From Oopsacas minuta (taxonomy: Eukaryota; Animalia; Porifera): a stretch of 64,000 nt of DNA. Made by a program: the position numbers and the translations under genes. Shown one piece after another: positions 1 through 14,849 of the stretch. Position 1 is the stretch's first letter, and the number at the start of each line of letters is the position of its first letter. The stretch spans positions 62,001 to 126,000 of the forward strand of contig JAKMXF010000199.1 in NCBI GenBank assembly GCA_024704765.1, written 5' to 3'. The notes below the pieces were generated by a model. The model did not search any database. It was not told where the DNA came from and saw only the letters and a program-made list of their open reading frames with translations.

Positions 1-599
1 CAAGTGCTTTTCTTCAAAAAGGGATTCCTATATTTGCACTTATAGGAAAAGTATTCAGATAAAACCTATAAATTATTGATCCACGAGGGGATAAGCCTTA
101 TCCAAGTTCGACTCTATATACTACTTAAACCGATTCTATGGTCTAATGTCAGAAAATACACCAACGGACGGTCATAATTTTGTAAGAATAAGGAAAATTC
201 TCCAAGAAGCTGACATTTCTCTATAACGAAAAAATGTCCACAATGTGTCCGTTATTCGGAGACTCCACTGTAGTAGACTAAGGTTTTTTTATTATTTAAG
301 TTAATCAGTAAGTGTCCTTGTCTGTGCCTGTTTGGGGTCCATTGATAGGGTTAGGACAATATGTAAGAATGGAATGCTACCAAATTCCTGCGTTGCTAGA
401 GAAAAATATTCCCAAATTTCTTCGAGTGACCACCCAAGAAATTTCAATATAGAATATTAGGATAATTCGGGACAAAATGGATGTTTGGACAGTCTGATAT
501 CAGGAACCTACAATGAATATGAAATGATATTACTCTGGTTAATGGGAATTTAGGAAAATGGGAACAAGTTTTGAGCGTCTGTTGGTGTTCGTATTCAGG

Positions 600-915
600 C
601 TACGGACTTTTTTCTACTGCAAATGTTCGATTCTAAAAAATTGCACAAGGTACCAGGAAATAGACTCTATTTCACATACATCACTAAAAGCGGCTAATTG
701 ATGTATTTTTCACACAATTCCTATTTTGAAAATATTGACTTCAAAATAATTCAAATAGGGCCTGAAGTGGGCCTAGAAATAGGCCCAAATTGTGTGAAAA
801 ATGCATAATTAAGCCGCTTTTAGTGATGAATATCAAATTGTGTGTATTTCCTGTCGCTTTGAGCAATATTTAAGAGTTGAACATTTCCCAATAGAAAATA
901 GTATCTAGCCTTCAT
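600..915. repeat. Degenerate foldback (long inverted repeat) element
   Basis: catcactaaaagcggct...tttttcacacaatt (~679-719) is mirrored by aattgtgtgaaaaa...agccgcttttagtgatg (~788-828); weaker symmetry extends outward; ends approximate. Confidence 0.55.
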
Positions 916-1165
916 AACATTAGTATGAATGTATTTAAAATTTCTTATTCATGGGCTCCACTATCGTAATATATTGTTACTGAGAGTTTATCTCATCTAG
1001 TGTCAAAGGGTACAAAGGCCTAAAAGATTAAGAACCACTTGCCCTATTGTAAGCAAAATTTAAAATGAGACAAATCTACATCCTTGAATCTCGCTCTTAG
1101 ATTTCTAGTTAAGACCCAAAAATATGTATAAATCGAGAAATCAGCTCAGGAGCATACCTTAATTA

Positions 1166-2059
1166 CAGTGCCGTAACTACATTTTGTGGGCCCCCAGCCA
1201 AATAAAGGTGGAGCCCCTCTTAAACAAATAATATATTTCTAAATGCCTATTAAATGTAACAATCTTTTCTCTTCATTTGTTTGCTATTGTGAAATTGGTT
1301 AGCAATTAAAAGGCCAAAATGTCTAATGAGGTATCAAAGGCAAGTAAAGTGGAACTCAGATACGGCATATCATTTCGGGAACCAAAAATTAGTGCGTATT
1401 ATTCGAGTCAACGTCCTATTACAAATGATCAGATGATATAAAGTGACCAAGGATTAGTGAAATAATACAAATTATCAAATGGGAATTCACCACCTTCATT
1501 CCATAATTCGAACCCTGACAATACTAGAAGATTATGAATCGAGTGCTCCACTCCAAGAGTGATACGAAAGATGATTTTAGGTTAATATCATTAACCGAAT
1601 ACGGCCGGGAACTTTGTGATTTTATAATGTCAATAAGGTGATGAAATCTCGATTTGAGTGCGGGAAATTATTAAAACGAAGTGGAAAATTTTAGTGTTCC
1701 TTTTGGTTACGAACGTAACACTTCGGCCGTATTCGGTTAACAAATAGTTTTCTTTGACTGATATTTTATATAAATTTCGATATAAATATTACTTGGCGCT
1801 AAGGTTTTGCAAGGTGGCGCCACCCTGTCTATGCCCCTAGTTCGAAATAACTAAGTTGATTAACGAGGGTGTACTGTAGTTGTACGAATTAGATTGTACA
1901 GCTTAATACCGTTAATCAAAAAATGGTGCCTTTGTACAGAAGTCTGATAAAACGTACTCAAATAAAAGGATTTTCGAATGGATCATTTCGAATTACAGGC
2001 AAGGGATAACAGGGCACCCCTGAGATAGCGGTGTCGCGGGGGAGGTAGTTACCGCACTG
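1166..2059. mobile_element. Non-autonomous TIR element (MITE), same family as 20263-20601, lengthened by an internal insertion
   Basis: TIRs cagtgccgtaactac / gtagttaccgcactg (14/15); internal blocks (ttttctcttcattt, tgaaattggttagcaa, ttttcgaatggatcat) are shared with the 20.3-kb copy; only TA flanks, no 8-bp TSD seen. Confidence 0.7.
1595..1736. mobile_element. piggyBac-like MITE (142 bp) nested in the 1166-2059 element
   Basis: ttaa|ccgaatacggccg...cggccgtattcgg|ttaa: perfect 13-bp TIR, CC...GG ends, TTAA on both sides; a related internal sequence lies on the minus strand near 10430-10560. Confidence 0.7.
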
Positions 2060-3079
2060 TATACACTTCCCATATCCTTGGAATACATTTTGAAATAATA
2101 TGTCAAAGAATATTGCATATTCTCAAAATTACCATTAATGGACAAACCCATGATTACGTCACATTGGCACGAGATATCATCTCAAAATGTATTACAAGGT
2201 TATAGATATGTAATATATATTAGCTATCCAGATTTGACAATAACTTCCACGATTATTGAGTTATAAGTGGATAGTGACAAAACATGTGTCATCCATGGCC
2301 TACTATACATATGTAACTCAGAAAGCTTATGTCGATATAATAAGGATATTATCATATATGGAAAGGTGTGAAAAACACATAAATTACATCCCACAAATAA
2401 TTAAGCAAATCCATGTAATCCACGGAGTCCACTAATATGACTTGCCATACGCTAATAATATAATTATAATTCATTTTTCAAAAGCTAACTGTTATGGATA
2501 TTTACAATATTACCATATGTAGAAAGGTGTGAAATCACATATTATACAATCCACAAAGATTTCCCAGAAACTAATATGGCCGTTGGACTCCCAAAATATG
2601 TATTCTAATACGACAATCACACATTTTCAGAGGCTACTATTATCGGATTACGAGATATCAAGAAGTATAAAATACTGTTTTCGACCTACGAAAATTTCAC
2701 GGTTAAACGAATTTGAAAGTCCGTGACATTCCTGAGACAAATTCTCTGAATATATCCATGTGGCACATAAATGATCGGAAATTGACCACTGGGATCGATT
2801 TGGGTATTGATCTGACAGGAATCGAATAAAAAAAGCAGGGGGGGTTAATTTAGGCGAATTTCTTGAGATGCCGAAATGTCCGGAGGCCTCGAAAAAATAC
2901 GCACACTATCTGGATGGCGAACCAACTTTTTTGAAGCCTTACAAACCTGTATATCAAATCTTTGAAATCAAACCTTCTAGACGTCTAAATGTATACACAT
3001 CTCCGGTAGGCTACTATAGCAGTTGCGAGTGTGGATTACTAGCTCTGTATCTTTCAAGAATACCAAGAAATTTAGACAC

Positions 3080-4020
3080 TTAATCCCTTCAAAAAATCAA
3101 TCTGTCTTCTTTATTCTATTTTACTGTATTTTGGAAATTTCAGCTCCTGGGCCTCAAAGTTTTTAGTAAAGTTTAATAATTACGTACTCGAGAGCCATTT
3201 GTTTAGATATTCTCTCTCCAGAAATTGAACTTCTGTAGATTCAAAGTCCGAGCTTAGAATTGATATTTTCTACCGCCTTCCTTCTAAAATTTTGCTTCAC
3301 ATCTGAGTGTCGACAATTTTCCCCCTAAAATTCAAATCGCTTGGTGATTTGTTATATTCACATCAATAATACTTATATTCGGGTCAAAATGTACAAATTT
3401 CATACTACGACTCGGATAAAAAAATTTATATAATTGGGGGTAACACCTTGGCTAACATCCACGGTCCAAATTTCGACAATAGTGAATAATATAATAGGCC
3501 TCATTATAACCTAGATCACACCACAAGCAGAATATTTCTGCAGTAAAGAAGATCTACAATTTGTTGTGAAAATTTGACATTAGTTCATTGAACTCAGGTG
3601 ATTATGCTACTTCCATGAGATTAAATAAACCCGAAATAATTCTAATCATAAAAGTTGAATAACAAAAAACTCCTTTCCAATTTTAGGTATATTTAATGTC
3701 TACTAATAGACTAACTTTTGAGTAAGTTTAGGTTAAATCCAATCTGATACTTATTGGGAACAACGTTTTGAATTTGAGTGGGATTCTGTCCGACAACAAA
3801 TGAAAAGCAAAATTTTGCAAGGGAAGCAGTGCAAAATATCAATTCTAAAATCGGACTTGGGATCTACAGAAGTATTATATCTGGAAAGAGAATATCCAAA
3901 CAAAATAACTCTCGAGTAGAGAATTATTCCAATTTAACAAAAAACCTTGAGTCTCCAGGAGCTGAAATTTACAAAAAACGAGAAAATATAAAATGACATA
4001 AGTGGATTTCATGAAGGATG
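3080..4020. repeat. Degenerate long-TIR/foldback element
   Basis: ~3120-3350 is the diverged reverse complement of ~3760-3990 (cagctcctgg...tactcgagag vs ctctcgagta...ccaggagctg); ends approximate. Confidence 0.6.
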
Positions 4021-4749
4021 AGCGTCAAAGTTCTCAGGGTATTCTTAAAAGAGATAGAGGTTGTAAGTACAAACTGTAAAATGATTTTGAAAATTTCCGC
4101 TATTTTTTTCAACTCGAAGTTCATTAGTATTGAGTATATCCTGTCGCGTAGCGACCAAAAGCACCAAGATATTTAGCTGTTTCATACTTAAGCAATATCC
4201 GAGGCACAAAGCTGTCATGCAGCGACCTGGCTAGCGAGCGGACTAGGAGTAAATAAAAACAGATTAAGAATGAACGATTTCAGTATATTTTACAACCTAA
4301 TGTTTGCAAAGTTTCGTTTGTTGGGCTTGGAAAAATTTAAGTGTACGAAAGTCGTATGTCTCCCAACAAAGGGGCATCTGGGTGCTAATTCAGGGAATAC
4401 GATATGTGCACCAATTTGGTGATAGGTTTGGCGGATTGCACTTAAGGATCTCAAACATCATTCATGCAAATCTCCCAAAAGTAACTACATCATAACGCAA
4501 TTTTTCTGGAAATTAGAAGCAAATAATCAAATAGCTACATCGGAGACTGCAACATGGCCCCAATTCTACAGGAGGATGCTAGGTTATGCTCAATTTTAGT
4601 ATTAGGTGAACGTATTAAAAAAACACTAGCAAGAGTCTTAGTCCATGACTCAAGTGACTAAAAACGCCATTGGGTATCAAATTAGACTTGGTTCAACTAA
4701 ACAGGCAGAAATAACTAATTATAAATGGGAAATAAATACCTAAACATAC

Positions 4750-4974
4750 CTGGAGAGGTGTAGAAGAAGTTATATAATTTTTTGACAAATCTGACACTGC
4801 ACCTTCTCCCAAATAAATAAACGTTGATTCAACAGATTTCCCAACAATGGATAAAAGTTTCAATTTCAAAATATCTTGTGAAAATATTCCGAATTCAATA
4901 GTCCTAAGATCATCAGATAAATATCGAAAGGTACCATCGCTAAATACAAGTGTTTCTCCAGTATGTACACTTTC
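4750..4974 (-). CDS. Exon 5 of secreted tandem-repeat protein gene (not in ORF track): ESVHTGETLVFSDGTFRYLSDDLRTIEFGIFSQDILKLKLLSIVGKSVESTFIYLGEGAVSDLSKNYITSSTPLQ
   Basis: Acceptor tttatcttttAG|GAA and donor CAG|GTATGT; 225 nt, phase 0/0, no stops; continues the repeat register directly after IQLQ of exon 4. Confidence 0.85.
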
Positions 4975-6524
4975 CTAAAAGATAAAGAATTATCAGTGCT
5001 TGTTTCTCAAACATAAAAATAAGAATCAGGGGCGTAACTATAAGCCACATAGTGAAGCTGGTATTACTATTTGCCTCAGTAGAGGCGACAAAACGACAGG
5101 CTGAAAGGCGAGGAGGCGGGTTTCTCCTATACCCAAGGGTAATTTCGCCCCAGAGGATGGAGAAAAATTGTACCTAATAAGGCAGAAATTAATCACTACC
5201 GAGATCAAAACCTAAGGCGTGGCTACTCAGTGTTACGGAAGTCATAATCATTCTTTTCATGGATAATATAGCCTTAAATTATTCGTTTTTTAAGAAACTA
5301 AGCAAACAGACGCAGGACAGCATACTGCTGCAAGCAAGCAAAGCGTGCTAGAATCAATTATGTCGATAGCATTATAACGGCATTATAATCCAGCAATAGA
5401 TTTAGTTGTCAGAATGCATAATCGAAAGTACTATGCATTTCATTAAACAATCAATTTACTCAGGTCATAGGCGTAGAATTAGCCAACTAGGGCACCCCCC
5501 TATTATTCGAAGTGGATCCAGAAGCCCAGAAAACAAAGGGAGTAAAAGAAATTAGGTAGGAGGGAATATAGCTAGAAGTTAGCACTATCAAGTTGTACTC
5601 TTTTACATAATTATTTATTTCCTTCTTTTAATTAGATTGCACGTTGTTTGTACAAGAAACTATAACTCAAACTTATTGCCGGAGTTCCTTATTTGTTTCC
5701 TCAATTTTACACTCAAAGTTCTGTAGGGTTCCATATTACGTTATTCTCTTGTGCTCCAAAATATTCGTCCCGACGATAGTACTGAATAGTTATCATTTGT
5801 TATGCCAACTGAAATATTATAATTCGATAAGAATATGTATCTCTTATATCATTTACCTATTGGCTGAAGGCTGAGTATCGGCCCCCTACTTTTCTGAAAA
5901 ATGCGATTAATCAGGGGCTATGTCTCAGGTAGGCATTTCCAATGAATACAAACCACGTAACTTCTACTTTCAATTCAATAAATATAATATCAGCCTACAT
6001 GTATTGTGTAAATCAGTGATGCTCACCTATTTCGATTCGCCCAATTTTAGAGAGTTACTTAACACGCTTCATAGTCGCCAAGTGAATTTACTCCCCATCT
6101 ATTCTGAACTGCTTGTACATTTTGAACCTGAAATTCCAAAACTCATGCCTTTTGAGAAAGGAACAACCAGGGGTTTATACAGGAATTTCGGGCAGCACTT
6201 TTTGAATGGTAACTATTGATCCTGTATCTGCAAATTTTAGCCTCACGTTCGGCACTTTTGTCTTTCATGGTTGCTGAATTGGCACTTTTATGTGCCCGCC
6301 AAGCACCTAGATAAACCCCTGCACTCTAGGGAGGTGCTCGGACGCCCAGATCTTGGAAGTCCGGATCTCAGAGGCTCCACTGTATGAAATACTGTATTAT
6401 ATATTCTCCAATTGATATAATCAGTTATCGGTTAATACGAACAGTACTTTTTCTGATATTTAAGATCCTGATGCAAATATACTATAGAAATACTTAAATG
6501 CATCTTCTGATCTCTTATTCCTGG

Positions 6525-6912
6525 CAGTGCTGGGGTTGGTTAACCGAATTGAGATGACGGTTAAACTTGATTTACTAAAAGCGGTTAACCGTTAACCGTA
6601 GTAATAATTGGTTTATATAATAAATGATGTTGTCGACTAAAATTGAAATATCAATGCATAGCTACTAAATGGAATCGTTATGCGATTGTAGCTACGAGAG
6701 GATTGAAATATTGGAATAAAAAGCTAAAATGTAACATAACATAAATAGATTACTAACATAATTTGTTAATATTATTTATACCTCTCAAATCCCAGGACAA
6801 TGAATACATCGGTGCAAACGACTCTTTTCGGCATACCGAAAATATTTCCCTTAGCAGTTAGCTGGAGGTAACGGCGGTTAACCTGTTAACCAGCAAACCG
6901 AATCCAGTCCTG
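6525..6912. mobile_element. hAT-type MITE with subterminal ttaaccg motifs
   Basis: Ends cagtgctggggttggtt / aaaccgaatccagtcctg are imperfectly inverted; repeated (gg)ttaacc(g) motifs near both ends; ttcctg on both flanks (partial TSD). Confidence 0.5.
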
Positions 6913-9584
6913 TTCCTGCATATGATTGCACTCCCTTACAACTATTTAGTTATATCTAATTCAGATAATGTTAAATAACCTAGGTTATCGGAAAAAAATC
7001 ACATCACTATTATTATCATTTGGCAAGTTGCTGTCCCGTCTCGTACAAATGTTAACATGTTGATAGTCAATTGGTTCAGGGAGACATTGAGATCGACATA
7101 TATATCTTCTTCATCAACACGTTCTATCACCCGCCATGTGCATCCTTTTCATTGTGGATAATAATACTTTTGGTCTCATTCCAAGGCAAGCGATATAAAT
7201 GTGTTCTCTTGTGATAATGTTTACTATCAACATGTGTTCTAAAAGCATCCCAAATTCGGCCTACTCTTCTGTGAAAATTAGCCCGTGTTCACTTGTAAAC
7301 GCTGTTTTTACCTCAAAGTTTAAGAAAATCTAAGAGACTGAGACATGTTTGATCAAGATATGAAACTTGTAAGTAATTGACATCCCACTGATATCCCATA
7401 ATTTAGCAAATTTTTGATATTTTCCATATAAATATCTGTACTTAGATTACCGAATCAAGTTTCCTGCAGTTGTTACCTGTTATCAAACCCTCCAATAGTT
7501 GGGATAATTCCTAAATTGTTTATAAATGTAGGAATAATATCTCTAGAGTTTCATTCATACTTGCAAAATACATTTTTGTGTCTCATTTACGATACGCAGA
7601 AGAATACGCAGTTGAGGTGGAGTTAAGGATCTTAAGGGTTGGGGTAGGTGAAAATAATTTTGCTACGAGTCATAATGCTTCAAATGAATCACAATACTTA
7701 GATTTTGATGGCAACCATTATAAAGAAAGAAATATTGTATAGTTAACACCAATGTTTCTCGATGTGGACCATAGAGCCCCCTGGGGGCGTTATGAGGTTG
7801 TTTTGCGGCGCCCAGCAGCAAAGGGCGGTAGGCTATTAAGAGGCTAAACAAAGATAACAAATTTTTAAATATGTATTAACAATAGGGGCTAATAAAGAAT
7901 TCAAGGATCAAGCAATGTCAATAAATTTGGTAACTAATATTGTATTGAGTATTCACAACAACCTGGTCACAACATCGTTCACCGAGAACATTTGGTCGCA
8001 AAATATCCTAGTGGTCGCCTGCACAACTAATTGAATATTCTCAATACTGTTTGTTATCAATGAAATCAAAGTTTCAGCATTCAAGGAAAGAATATTTCGC
8101 CAATTATGCCAAAAACGGAACAGGATAAGAACGTCTGCTTTTACACATTGAGACGGCACTCAAATATTAAGTGGATCCTTCATAGGGTAACTAACCATGT
8201 TTAAACAAAATATCGGTATACGAGTTTCCTCACTTAGCAGGACTCGAAATTTCAGATGACGATTTGTTAGCATATTGTAAAAAAGAGGAAATGATCAAGG
8301 GATTCAATGATCAACTTGAACCACCACATAAGCTAATTGACCCACTGTATGGATGTCATACCCAATATTTCACTCAAATTGCAAGAATAGCTGCTGGACA
8401 TGCAAAGTGATTGCGAGGAAAAGTTCGTTTTAAAATGTGGGTTGTGAGCGAATTTAGATGGTAATTCAGGACGAAATAATTTTTAATTTGCGGAAAGTAG
8501 CAAAACTGCCAGTTTTAGCGTACCAGACTTTTTATCTCATAGAGAGAGGTTTTAACGCACTCATTCAATCGCTAACGAAGCAAAGAAACAGGGTCTATAT
8601 TTCTCAATGCGACATTAAACCATAATCATTATAGATTAATACATTATGCTTATCATAATGTATTAATTTAAAATGATTATGGTGTATAATACAAATGTAG
8701 CAGAATATGGAGACTTTATAGAGGGTAAAAGGTTATCAAGAGGCGCTGGCAGAACAAAGTTTAAGCAACACTGAGTTAAGCCAGGGTCTACTTAATACAC
8801 GGCAGTGGATGTCACCGAAAAAGGCTAAAAAAATCTAGATTAGATTATTCATTGGAGGCACAGGGTGTTTGGGTTTTAATCTTCGTTTCATAGTGCCTCC
8901 AATGAATATAGTTACTTTAAAGAAATTGAATTTATGGACTATGATGTCGGCACAGATTGTAATTTTAGATATTTTGCTAGCTACGCTCGCAGTTAGTCAT
9001 CAGTATAGTTAATATTTCTGTCCTAACATTTACTACACTTCATCACTGTAAGAACCATTCAATCTTATAGAAAGAGTTATGAGCATTCCAATATTCCTTG
9101 AAGTCAGGTTAGCCTAGCAAAATATGCGAAATTGTTGTGAATGTGTCCAAAAACTCTAGTTCCACTTAATTTTTCGAAATCCCAATTTTAAAATTTTTGC
9201 ATTTGTCATCACCACCTCCACTATGATGGCATCATTATTATGGTGGTAAAAGATCCATTGACTCCCTCCTGACATCTACTACACTTCCAGGGGTTGCTGA
9301 CAGTAGCTCCGGGGTTGTCAGCAACCCCCTAGCTTCGCCTATTCCAGGTGTTTAACATCGTCATAAGTTAGTTATAATCGTCATATCAAAATATATTACA
9401 AGGGAATGGGAAGTTAGGTGTATATGATAAAATAGTTGTCCTGATTTGACCACAATTTCCACGATTATCGAATTATAAGAGGATATTAACAAAATACATT
9501 GAATCCATGGTAAGTACGATAACTCAGAAACATTGGAACTTTATCATGACAATATTTTCATATTTATATAGAAAAGGTTTAGAT

Positions 9585-9939
9585 CAGGGGTGGGCACAAA
9601 AGTTAACTCTCGGGCCGCAGTGAAGTTTGAAGCCGACTTGGAGGGCCACAAAAACTTAAGGATGTTCTCTACGACCATGATATATACAAGCCCACACATC
9701 TATAGAATTTAGGTGTTGAATAATAATTCAAGTGTAATTGCAATTAAATATTTACTTGAATTACAAAGCGGTTATAGTAGAAAGGCAAGGTTATATACGG
9801 AACAATAAAATATACTCATCTCAAGTTAATGAAGGCTAAAAGTGTCAGAAAAATTCCTTGGGCCGCATTCTTGCCCTTTTGAAACGAACCCCGAGGGCCG
9901 CATAAATTTGGCGAGCGGGCCGCACTTTGCCCACATGTG
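9585..9939. mobile_element. hAT (Charlie/SPIN-like) MITE, 355 bp, inserted in an older dispersed repeat
   Basis: Exact 8-bp TSD GTTTAGAT (9577-9584 and 9940-9947); ends caggggtgggca / tgcccacatgtg; subterminal gggccgca motifs like those of the hATs at 14850 and 29530. Confidence 0.85.
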
Positions 9940-11448
9940 GTTTAGATCATTTGGTATATTCACATTTTGAACATAGATGAATAATTAACGTTCTATATGG
10001 TTTCAAAGATTGAACATTATTAAATACATACTTGCCAATTACGCTAACAGATGACGTCACTTCGATTTGAAAATCTTCACAATGTGGATTTTGTGAAATC
10101 TTACATATTACTAATTCAGGTGAAAATGTTCATATAATTGGCAATCAAAGAATTTCCCTTCAAAATATATTCACTACCTTCTATCCCTGGTCAGAAGTAG
10201 TGATCAGGCCATATCTTTATAGGCTATGGTAGACCTTACTTTTTAAATTTTATTCGGGAAGTAATTTCCATCAAACTGAGAGGGCGAAGCTCTCCCATTT
10301 TTTGGAAAAGAGGACGGCATGGCCGGACATGTTTGATATGGTAACGCAGCAGAATGTGGCCTAAAAAGGCCAAAATACTGCTTCATGACACAGCAATATT
10401 AAAAATTTCTCTATTATAGACGATTGACAGCTGAAGTGTTACGTTCATAGTGAAAAGGAAGACTAAATTTTACCACATCGTCTTAACCAATTCCTGCACA
10501 CCAGAATCGAGATTTGCACATTTTAACTTCATAAAATCACATAATTTCCCTTGAGTATTCGATTAAAGTTGTACTAATAATTGGAGGCATTGTAAAATGA
10601 AAATTTCATCAAAATACGCATAGTAGTGGCTCCATTAATAGTGCAACCTTAAAATATTTAATAGATTAAGCTGTTGGTACAGGTTGTAATTTATATTTTT
10701 TCTTTAACCGTGGACTGTGCTCTGCTAAAACCATAATAGATCAAGGGCTGATACATTCCTGGTACATGGACAATTACTGTGCGGTGTGCATTGAGGGCCA
10801 CGTTCTTGAGTTGACACGCTGTGCCACTTTATAATTTTTCTATAGGAATTGTATTAGGTTTTTAAGTGAAAATAATAGTAGGAGCAAAATCGTAGTAGCA
10901 GGTGATATACAATATACAGTGGTATTGATAGAATCCAACAAACCTAGTACACATTTACTATATAATTATCGACACAATAGACACAATTTGCGTGACATCA
11001 TAATCTACATAAATTTTTCAACGCGAATAACTCAATAACGATAACAGCTAAAGTAATATTTACAATTGATGAAGTGCAATAGATGTCAGGACGGATCTAT
11101 GGACACTATAACGATGACGTCACCATGGTGGCGGTAATGATGAAAAAGGAAAATTTTCAAACATTGAGATTTTTGGGAAAAATCGACAGAATGGGAATGT
11201 TTTCAAACAATTTTGTAATATACTGGGTGCGTAGCGAGCAAAAATCTAAAATTTCTATTTGTGCAGACAGCTTAGCCCATTAATTAGATTTGTTTAGAGA
11301 GGCATTATTCGTTTGATGCACTACGAACTGAAGTTTAAATCCCAAACACTTAGTGCATTTAAGAATAATTAATCATTCTAATGGGATAGTACTTCAAATG
11401 TATTGAAAATTTGTTATGTAGGAACAGGGTTTCCCAGGATTTTGAATA

Positions 11449-11890
11449 CAAGCTTGTCAAAGGTTAGGTCACTTCATGAAATTTTTACGTCATTCTAGGT
11501 CACTTGGCAGGTCATTCAGAGTATTTTCAGCTCATTTTCAGGCTTCGAAGGTGTCCACTGTATTCTTTCTTTTCTGATAATCTCACCTTGCTAATCCCGT
11601 CACTTAATTAACTCGTAAATTGAATTGAATTAGTTCCCTAATACGGTCAAATAGTTTCGAGTATGATATCTTACATCGAATAGGCTCTCGTCAAAATAAT
11701 ACTGAGTATAACTAGCAGTATATCCATCCATCCCTTAGTATATGATTTCTCCATTCCTAAGTTGATTAATTGCACTGAATTGATTGTTAAATGACCTGAT
11801 ATTGACCTAAAATTGAGCTGAAAATGACCTGATGAATCTTGAGAACTGAGCCGAGCTGACCTGACTATGTAGAACCTTTTGACAAGCCTG
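11449..11890. mobile_element. hAT-type MITE with internal tgacc/ggtca motifs
   Basis: Ends caagcttgtcaaaggtt / aaccttttgacaagcctg; TSD degenerate (5/8). Confidence 0.55.
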
Positions 11891-14849
11891 TTAGCAAAGG
11901 CCGGAGCAAGTTTCAAAACCTGGACCAAAAATATTAATTATATAATCGGGAGTGTTGGTCTGAAGATCTGACAAAAATCCGAGTAATTGTCCCCAATAGG
12001 TTAGAAGACTTGAGACAACTGTTTGCGTGTCAATCGCGGTCATTTCCGCTGCACCCCAATCTCGCTACGCTCATTCGAGCGTTTAAAAATTAAGGACGGG
12101 AAGGGAAATGATCCCAGTCCTATTCACCCAAATATTCTATCAACTAATTATATATTACAAATTACGCAAACAATTATAATCATAAAAGAATCGACTGACA
12201 AAAGCGATGATAACCACAAGATTGAATATTTCAATATGGTTGTTTGTATAGAATTTTTCAACCATTTCAGTAAAGTGACTAATACAATTTTCCCCATGGG
12301 ATTTGGCTTAGCAAAGAAGTATTTTCGTAACTTGGTCAGTTTTCATCCGATTTTGAGTTTTTTAGCTCCATCAGCTTCTTTAAACGAGTGTTTTTTAACG
12401 GTATATATCGATTTTCAATAATTCGTGAATTTAGAACATTTTTAAATCGTTCCGGGTTTAGTAACAACCTTTCCTTTGATACTTTTTTGTTAGGCCAGAC
12501 AAAAGGATGACTGGTGTCAAATTGTCGCACTTGGCAGCCGATCGATTTGCAAAGTGGAGAAGCACACACGACGGAGTCCAAATATGTAAACCGGGGGTTC
12601 CCAACCCGTAGCCCGCGATGTCTTTTAAACTGGCCCGCCTAATCCACTCTGTGTACAACATGCAATCCTAATGTCCTCATATAAATTCAATGATATAAAC
12701 GTTTGCAAATTTGTGTTTGAGCTACCTAATTCATTCATATATAATTATTAGTATATTAATTTACTAGGTCTATAATTAGGTAGATCATATGTTTTATATT
12801 TTAAAGGATATTCCACTTTTATTGCTGCCTGTCTCGTTTCTACTGCGTCATATTTTTGTCCTTTATGAAGGTTTCAAACCGAGACCAGTACTCAATATAT
12901 CTTAGGTTTCTGACATTAGGCAAGAGAATCGGTTTAGCTAATAAAGACGATAGAACTCGGATAAGACGTATCCCTCGCGAATCAAAAATTTGTAGGTTCT
13001 ATACAAGAACTTTTGCTTAAGTGCAAGTATAGGGGCGTACTATCCAAATTTATAGTATATTATTTGCAGAAAACTCAGTCATTATGGAGTGTAAATTTCA
13101 TTCCTATGACCATTGATACATATTTTTATGTTAATTGTACTGAAATTTCGTGGCGATTTGACCAATTGTATCTGTTTGCATCTAATATTCAAATTTGTTA
13201 TTATTATTATTATTATTATTAGCGCGCTTCGCTTGCTCGCTCTACGCAGTTGGGCAAACACTTCATGACCGCGCTCGGACATACAGCCCTCGAGTACATC
13301 AACACATGATGTTAACCATAGCAAACATGACACTACCATAATCTTTATATCTGCTTACTTTATGTCCACAAAAGAAGTACTTATGAAATGATGTTTACAA
13401 TATCATAATTGGACTCAACGTATTCGATTACTCCAGTATAGCCGTTGAAAGTATGAATCAACTACGATATTGAAATTTGCTTACTTTATGTACCTGCAAG
13501 TTAACAAATATTCACAATATGTTGTTTACAATACCAAATTCGGACTCAGTGATTTTGTAGTTAAAATTTTGAGTAGCGAGATGCAATATTAAACACTACC
13601 ACAGGAATTGTCGTGGCCTTTCATCAAAGATGCAGGATGTGAGGCTTCTTATATCCGGTCCCAGTAATGGATTCGATATTTTTGGTTTATCACATACCTG
13701 GCTAAGCGATCACTTGGATTCAGAAATTGTTCCCGGATATAATATGGTTCGTAAGGATAGATCTTTGAATAATCTACGAGATGGCTTATCTATTAAAAGG
13801 AATCTCTTGCTGTCTAAAGACGCTTAGACCTTGAATCTAAGGACACTGAATGTATTTGGGTTGAGTTAATGTTAGCTCAAACTTCTCCCATACTTTTTGT
13901 ATTGCTTATAGATCTCCCAAAGTCTTTCCAATTGTTTAGCTCGCTTCAGCAAAAGATGGGACAAGCAACCTCTGAGGCATTGATGTTATAATTTTGGGTG
14001 ATTTAAAAATTAACTTTTTCTATGAGGATAGTATAGTTATAGACATCGGATCGATGATTTAATGATAATGGTATGATCCAATTAATCTCCAAGCCAACTA
14101 GGATAACGGATATTTCATTGTCTCTTATTGACCATGCTCACGTGCTGAACCCTGGAACAAAATATTTCGGGGCGGGTGAGTTCTCTGGTATCTTCCATGT
14201 AGAGCCACACAAATATACTACTTATCGAGTTTATAAGAAATTTAATGAAGAAAAAGATCCGAGTGATCTATCTACTATTCCTTGGGATATTATTCATTAT
14301 ATAGAGATAGACATGTGAAATAAATGGTATGACCTCTTCTTGTGTGTAGTTAACAAGCACTACCCAATCAAAACTGAATGGTTTAGAATAATATCAAAAC
14401 TGAATGGTTTAGAATAATATCAAAACTGCTATGGACATAAGAAATTATTTTGCCCAAGTGAAAAGTTATCTCAGTGGCGTAAAGAAAATTAAGGCAATCA
14501 TTTAATACCTGAAGCTAACTCTGTCTACTATAAGAATCTCTTGGAGAGATTTCTAGAGAATTTTCATGAACTTATACTCAGGAAACCTCCCAATTCTATT
14601 AACTTATTATGTCAAAATTCTATTGTAACTAATGCCAAATATATTACAAAAATATTTAATTAATATTTACTTTTCATTGTTGATGATGATGATTTAAGTA
14701 AGAATGATATACGGCCTGACCTTTCGAGGCATCAAGCTTATAGTAGAGAAATATACCCCATAACATAGTATTCAAACCTTATATATGAGTGATGTAATTC
14801 AATTAATATGGTTATTAATGAGAAGAAATCTTGTAGCATTGTTCTAGGT

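Noticed and set aside
12023-12421. 132-aa ORF
   Set aside because: Lies in a dispersed repeat with a diverged copy at ~53880-54165 that does not keep the frame; no recognisable motif
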